A stretch of DNA of 64,000 nt from the NCBI GenBank assembly GCA_963664705.1, contig OY761556.1, positions 6,112,001 through 6,176,000 of the forward strand, written 5' to 3'. Below, in pieces: positions 61,226 to 64,000 of this stretch. The notes below the pieces were generated by a model, which saw only the letters and a list, made by a program, of their open reading frames with translations, did no database searches and had not been told where the DNA came from. This stretch comes from Acidobacteriota bacterium. GTDB lineage: Bacteria; Acidobacteriota; UBA6911. A program made the translations under genes and the position numbers. The first letter of the stretch is position 1. The number at the start of each line of letters is the position of its first letter.

Positions 61226-62326
61226 CTACTTCGTGGCGTCCCGCGCTGCGCTCGACAGCCCGTCCTGCCAGGAACTCCATCCCGAATTCATCCCGTAAGG
61301 GCATTGCTGCAGAACCGCTTCAATCCTGCGAATCTTGCCTTTTTCAATTCTGAACAGTTCTGCGATCTGCCAGGTCCACGGATTTATCGGGCCGGCCGTC
61401 ACAGTTCGTCCATCTTTTGTCTGGAATGTCCGGTCTTTCCCAAGCGCGTGATCAAAGAACCCGAATGCGTAAACCAGGCCGCGCTCCTGATCGACGGCAA
61501 CAAACCGCCGGTCTCGAATCCTCCAGACAAAGTGAATGAGGCCGGATTCGAACTGTTCTCTGCAGCCCCAGGCCCCCGAATAGGAACTCGAAGTCTTGGG
61601 ATCCGGCTTGGTCTGGCCTTCACGCAGCGGAGCATTTGTGCTCTGAGACCCGTTTTCAAAGCGTTCGCAGTCATCGGTGAATGGGTAGGTTCCTGTGCCG
61701 TCAAGCCCCTTTCCGTCGTTCTTTTCCATTCCCCTGAAGTACATGTCGGCAACGCGGATGAGATCGGCACGCGACATCCTTTCGGCCGGCGGGATCACAT
61801 CGGTAAACAGATGATGGGGGCTTCCCATTTTTTCAATGTTTGCCGCCGGTCCCGCTGGAGCCGCAGGCGCTGCGCCCCGCGCCGCCCCTGCACCACCCAG
61901 CTGGGCAGCCGGGCGGATTACCAGGGTCTCGATTTCGGTAATCTGGCCACTCTTTACCTTCAGTCGCAGCGCGATAGGTGATGCGGTGCCTTCCTTTGTG
62001 TTTCCTTCTTCCACGATCGTCCCGAGAAATGTGACCTGCCCTGCTTCCGGGTCGGTGACAAACAGCTTGTATTTGCCTTTGCCGGTCATGATCTTCCAGT
62101 GTCCGTCGGGAAGTGGAAGCCGGACACCGTTCTCGGTGAACTTTACGTCTTTGGACAGCGGCAGCAGGGAAGGATCATGCGCGATCGCGGCGTCCAGGTA
62201 TTTATCTACGAAACCTTCCAGGCAAGCGCGATCGCAGGCGGCCGGCTTGCTTTGCGCGCTCATCCTGACAGTGGTAATGCTGACGAGCAGCAGAGCTGTC
62301 GTTACAAATACAAAAAATCTCTTCAT
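61226..62326 (-). CDS. Secreted protein of unknown function (CDRxCL family paralog)
   Basis: Signal peptide MKRFFVF; CDRACL, FTENG, ADMYF, CERFENG, IRDRRFVAVDQE. Confidence 0.7.
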   Translation of the reverse strand: MKRFFVFVTTALLLVSITTVRMSAQSKPAACDRACLEGFVDKYLDAAIAHDPSLLPLSKDVKFTENGVRLPLPDGHWKIMTGKGKYKLFVTDPEAGQVTFLGTIVEEGNTKEGTASPIALRLKVKSGQITEIETLVIRPAAQLGGAGAARGAAPAAPAGPAANIEKMGSPHHLFTDVIPPAERMSRADLIRVADMYFRGMEKNDGKGLDGTGTYPFTDDCERFENGSQSTNAPLREGQTKPDPKTSSSYSGAWGCREQFESGLIHFVWRIRDRRFVAVDQERGLVYAFGFFDHALGKDRTFQTKDGRTVTAGPINPWTWQIAELFRIEKGKIRRIEAVLQQCPYGMNSGWSSWQDGLSSAARDATK

Positions 62327-62572
62327 TGCGTACCTGCCTTTCATTTGAACAAAAAGAAATGGATAGCGGTAAAAAGTAAATCCTCCTCCCAAGAATATTT
62401 GTACTGATTGCGCAGATTATGTATTAACCTGCAACTGCTTCACAATTCTTTTCACAAAACATGGTTAGCTTCCTGCATTTTTAGGGATCTATTGTTTTTC
62501 GAGTTCCAAATGTTTGAGAAGACATGCCGGCCCTGGCGCTAAGGCGCGATGAGCTTAAGGAGGGAATTTGAA

Positions 62573-63241
62573 ATGACGACACAAACGGCGATCAGTCTGG
62601 AAGAATTGGCCAAAGAAGTAGCGGAATTGAAGAAACAGGTAGCGGAAAATGCTTGGGCAAAAGACTACCTGGAAATCTGGAAACTGCAGTCCCTGTATTC
62701 GCACCTCTATCATATAGGCAGAAACTCCGAAGTGCCGGCTCTTTTTGCGCAGAAGACGCCCGGTGTTGTGATGGAGATCGAGGATAGCGGCGTATTTGTA
62801 GGGCTGGAAAGCGTGACACGATTCTGGAATGAGGTCTTTGATGCAAACCGGATGCAAAGAACCCCGGGGTTCCTTGCGATTCACATGACCGTCAATCCGA
62901 TCATTGAGATTAACCGGCAGGGTACGCGCGCGCACGGAATCTGGCACTCGCATGGAGTGTGTTCGCTGGCTGCGCTGGGCGTCATGAAGCAGTTCATCTG
63001 TCTCGGGAAATACGATATCGAATACGTCAAGGAAGACGGAGAGTGGAAGTTTCTGAATTTTGCGTATCGACTGACCTACATGGCGCCTTACGATAAGGGC
63101 TGGATGGATGAACCCCAGGCCGCAAGCATCGGGGGAAATCCGCTGAACAAGCCTGACCGGCCAACCACGTATCACATGCCGTACAGCAAATATCGAATCA
63201 ACATCATGCAGCCGCCTCCTCCCGAGCCGTATAAGGACTAA
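62573..63241 (+). CDS. SnoaL/NTF2-like domain protein
   Basis: Short N-terminal coiled coil, EIWKLQSLY, HMTVNPIIEI, GKYDIEYVKEDGEWKF; AAGGAGG RBS. Confidence 0.8.
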   Translation: MTTQTAISLEELAKEVAELKKQVAENAWAKDYLEIWKLQSLYSHLYHIGRNSEVPALFAQKTPGVVMEIEDSGVFVGLESVTRFWNEVFDANRMQRTPGFLAIHMTVNPIIEINRQGTRAHGIWHSHGVCSLAALGVMKQFICLGKYDIEYVKEDGEWKFLNFAYRLTYMAPYDKGWMDEPQAASIGGNPLNKPDRPTTYHMPYSKYRINIMQPPPPEPYKD

Positions 63242-63252
63242 AGGACTTTCGC

Positions 63253-63296
63253 GGAATTCGTGGCAGATGGACCGTCCAGTCCCTGCCACGAATTCC
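63253..63296. repeat. GCCACGAATT-family palindrome between convergent genes
   Basis: 14-bp perfect stem ggaattcgtggcag / ctgccacgaattcc. Confidence 0.8.
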
Positions 63297-63301
63297 ACCA
63301 A

Positions 63302-64000
63302 TCACACCTGATCCGAATCCTGCAGCCCTCGGATGTTGCCGGGAACGTCGTGCATCGAAATCGCCGGAATTGTGGAAATGAGCACAAATGAAGCCAGCAT
63401 GGTCAGCGTGCCGATAATAAAGACCGCGCGAAGACCGGCCTCCATAGAGTCGCGAATTGCTTCGACGGTTTCCTTCAGCAATGCCTGCCCGTTTTCTCCC
63501 CGGGAGTTCAGCATATTGCGCAATGAGTTCATGGCAGGCTCCGAGAGAAGTACTCTCGGGTTGCCGAGGTTAACCATCGTTGCCTGATCCGCTACCCGCG
63601 TGAGTTCGGCCGGGAGAGATGCCTTCAACGCTTTGTTGTACTGCATGTTCATTGCCGAACCAAGTACGGCCGGGGCAATCGCGACCCCCATCGAGATGCT
63701 GAAGAAGAGGGCTCCCATGGCAACGCCCATTAGTTTTTGGGGAACCGCGCGCTGAATGACCAGCGTATTGATTGTCGGGATAGCGCCGAGTCCAATGCCT
63801 CCAACAGTGGTGAGTATGAGGCCCCAGACCAGCGGCGTTTCTGAGGTGTAGAAGATCATGCAGATCATGTCGATGGTAAATAACCCGTATCCCACAATGT
63901 AGAGCCATTTGAACCGGCCGGTCCGGGCGAGCAGAAATCCGACCGGAACGCCGATGAAAGCCATAAAAACGCCAAACGGCGTAAGAATCAGACCGCTTCG
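63302..64000 (-). CDS. MFS transporter (DHA2-like), C-terminal part; 5' end outside the window
   Basis: GFLLARTGRFK, GIGLG, hydrophobic helices with a large loop before the last TM; frame open to the window end. Confidence 0.8.
   Translation of the reverse strand, partial: RSGLILTPFGVFMAFIGVPVGFLLARTGRFKWLYIVGYGLFTIDMICMIFYTSETPLVWGLILTTVGGIGLGAIPTINTLVIQRAVPQKLMGVAMGALFFSISMGVAIAPAVLGSAMNMQYNKALKASLPAELTRVADQATMVNLGNPRVLLSEPAMNSLRNMLNSRGENGQALLKETVEAIRDSMEAGLRAVFIIGTLTMLASFVLISTIPAISMHDVPGNIRGLQDSDQV

Overview
GC-rich bacterial chromosome segment. The Oar-type TonB-dependent receptor, Tat-exported enolase-family enzyme, PQQ-propeller, CarD and CdaA/CdaR suggest Acidobacteriota (inference). 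In order, the window holds: the end of a xanthine-dehydrogenase-family Mo-enzyme operon; a large TonB-dependent receptor; a succinate/acetate CoA-transferase; gltBD with an upstream NifA-like sigma54 activator; a housekeeping run (SurA-like PPIase, mfd, rfaE2, cdaR, cdaA, folP, ftsH, tilS, hemB, hemL, CorC/HlyC, carD); tRNA-Leu(CAA) followed by a GtrB-like surface-glycosylation cassette; signalling genes (REC, REC-HD-GYP, PilZ, a probable membrane pseudokinase); peptidases and transporters; and an accessory block of poorly characterised enzymes. Two features are missed by the ORF track. (1) Two ORFs at 48.6-50.4 kb are very probably one 593-aa selenoprotein, with an in-frame UGA in a U-D-G-C motif followed by a SECIS-like hairpin. 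(2) A sigma54 promoter divergent from the NifA-like gene points into a ~350-nt ORF-poor region with strong plus-strand RNA structure, a candidate nitrogen-linked ncRNA. Two intergenic repeat families also recur: a GCCACGAATT palindrome and 7-nt tandem units. No CRISPR array, rRNA, integrase or transposase was seen. All calls are from reading motifs by eye; no searches were run.
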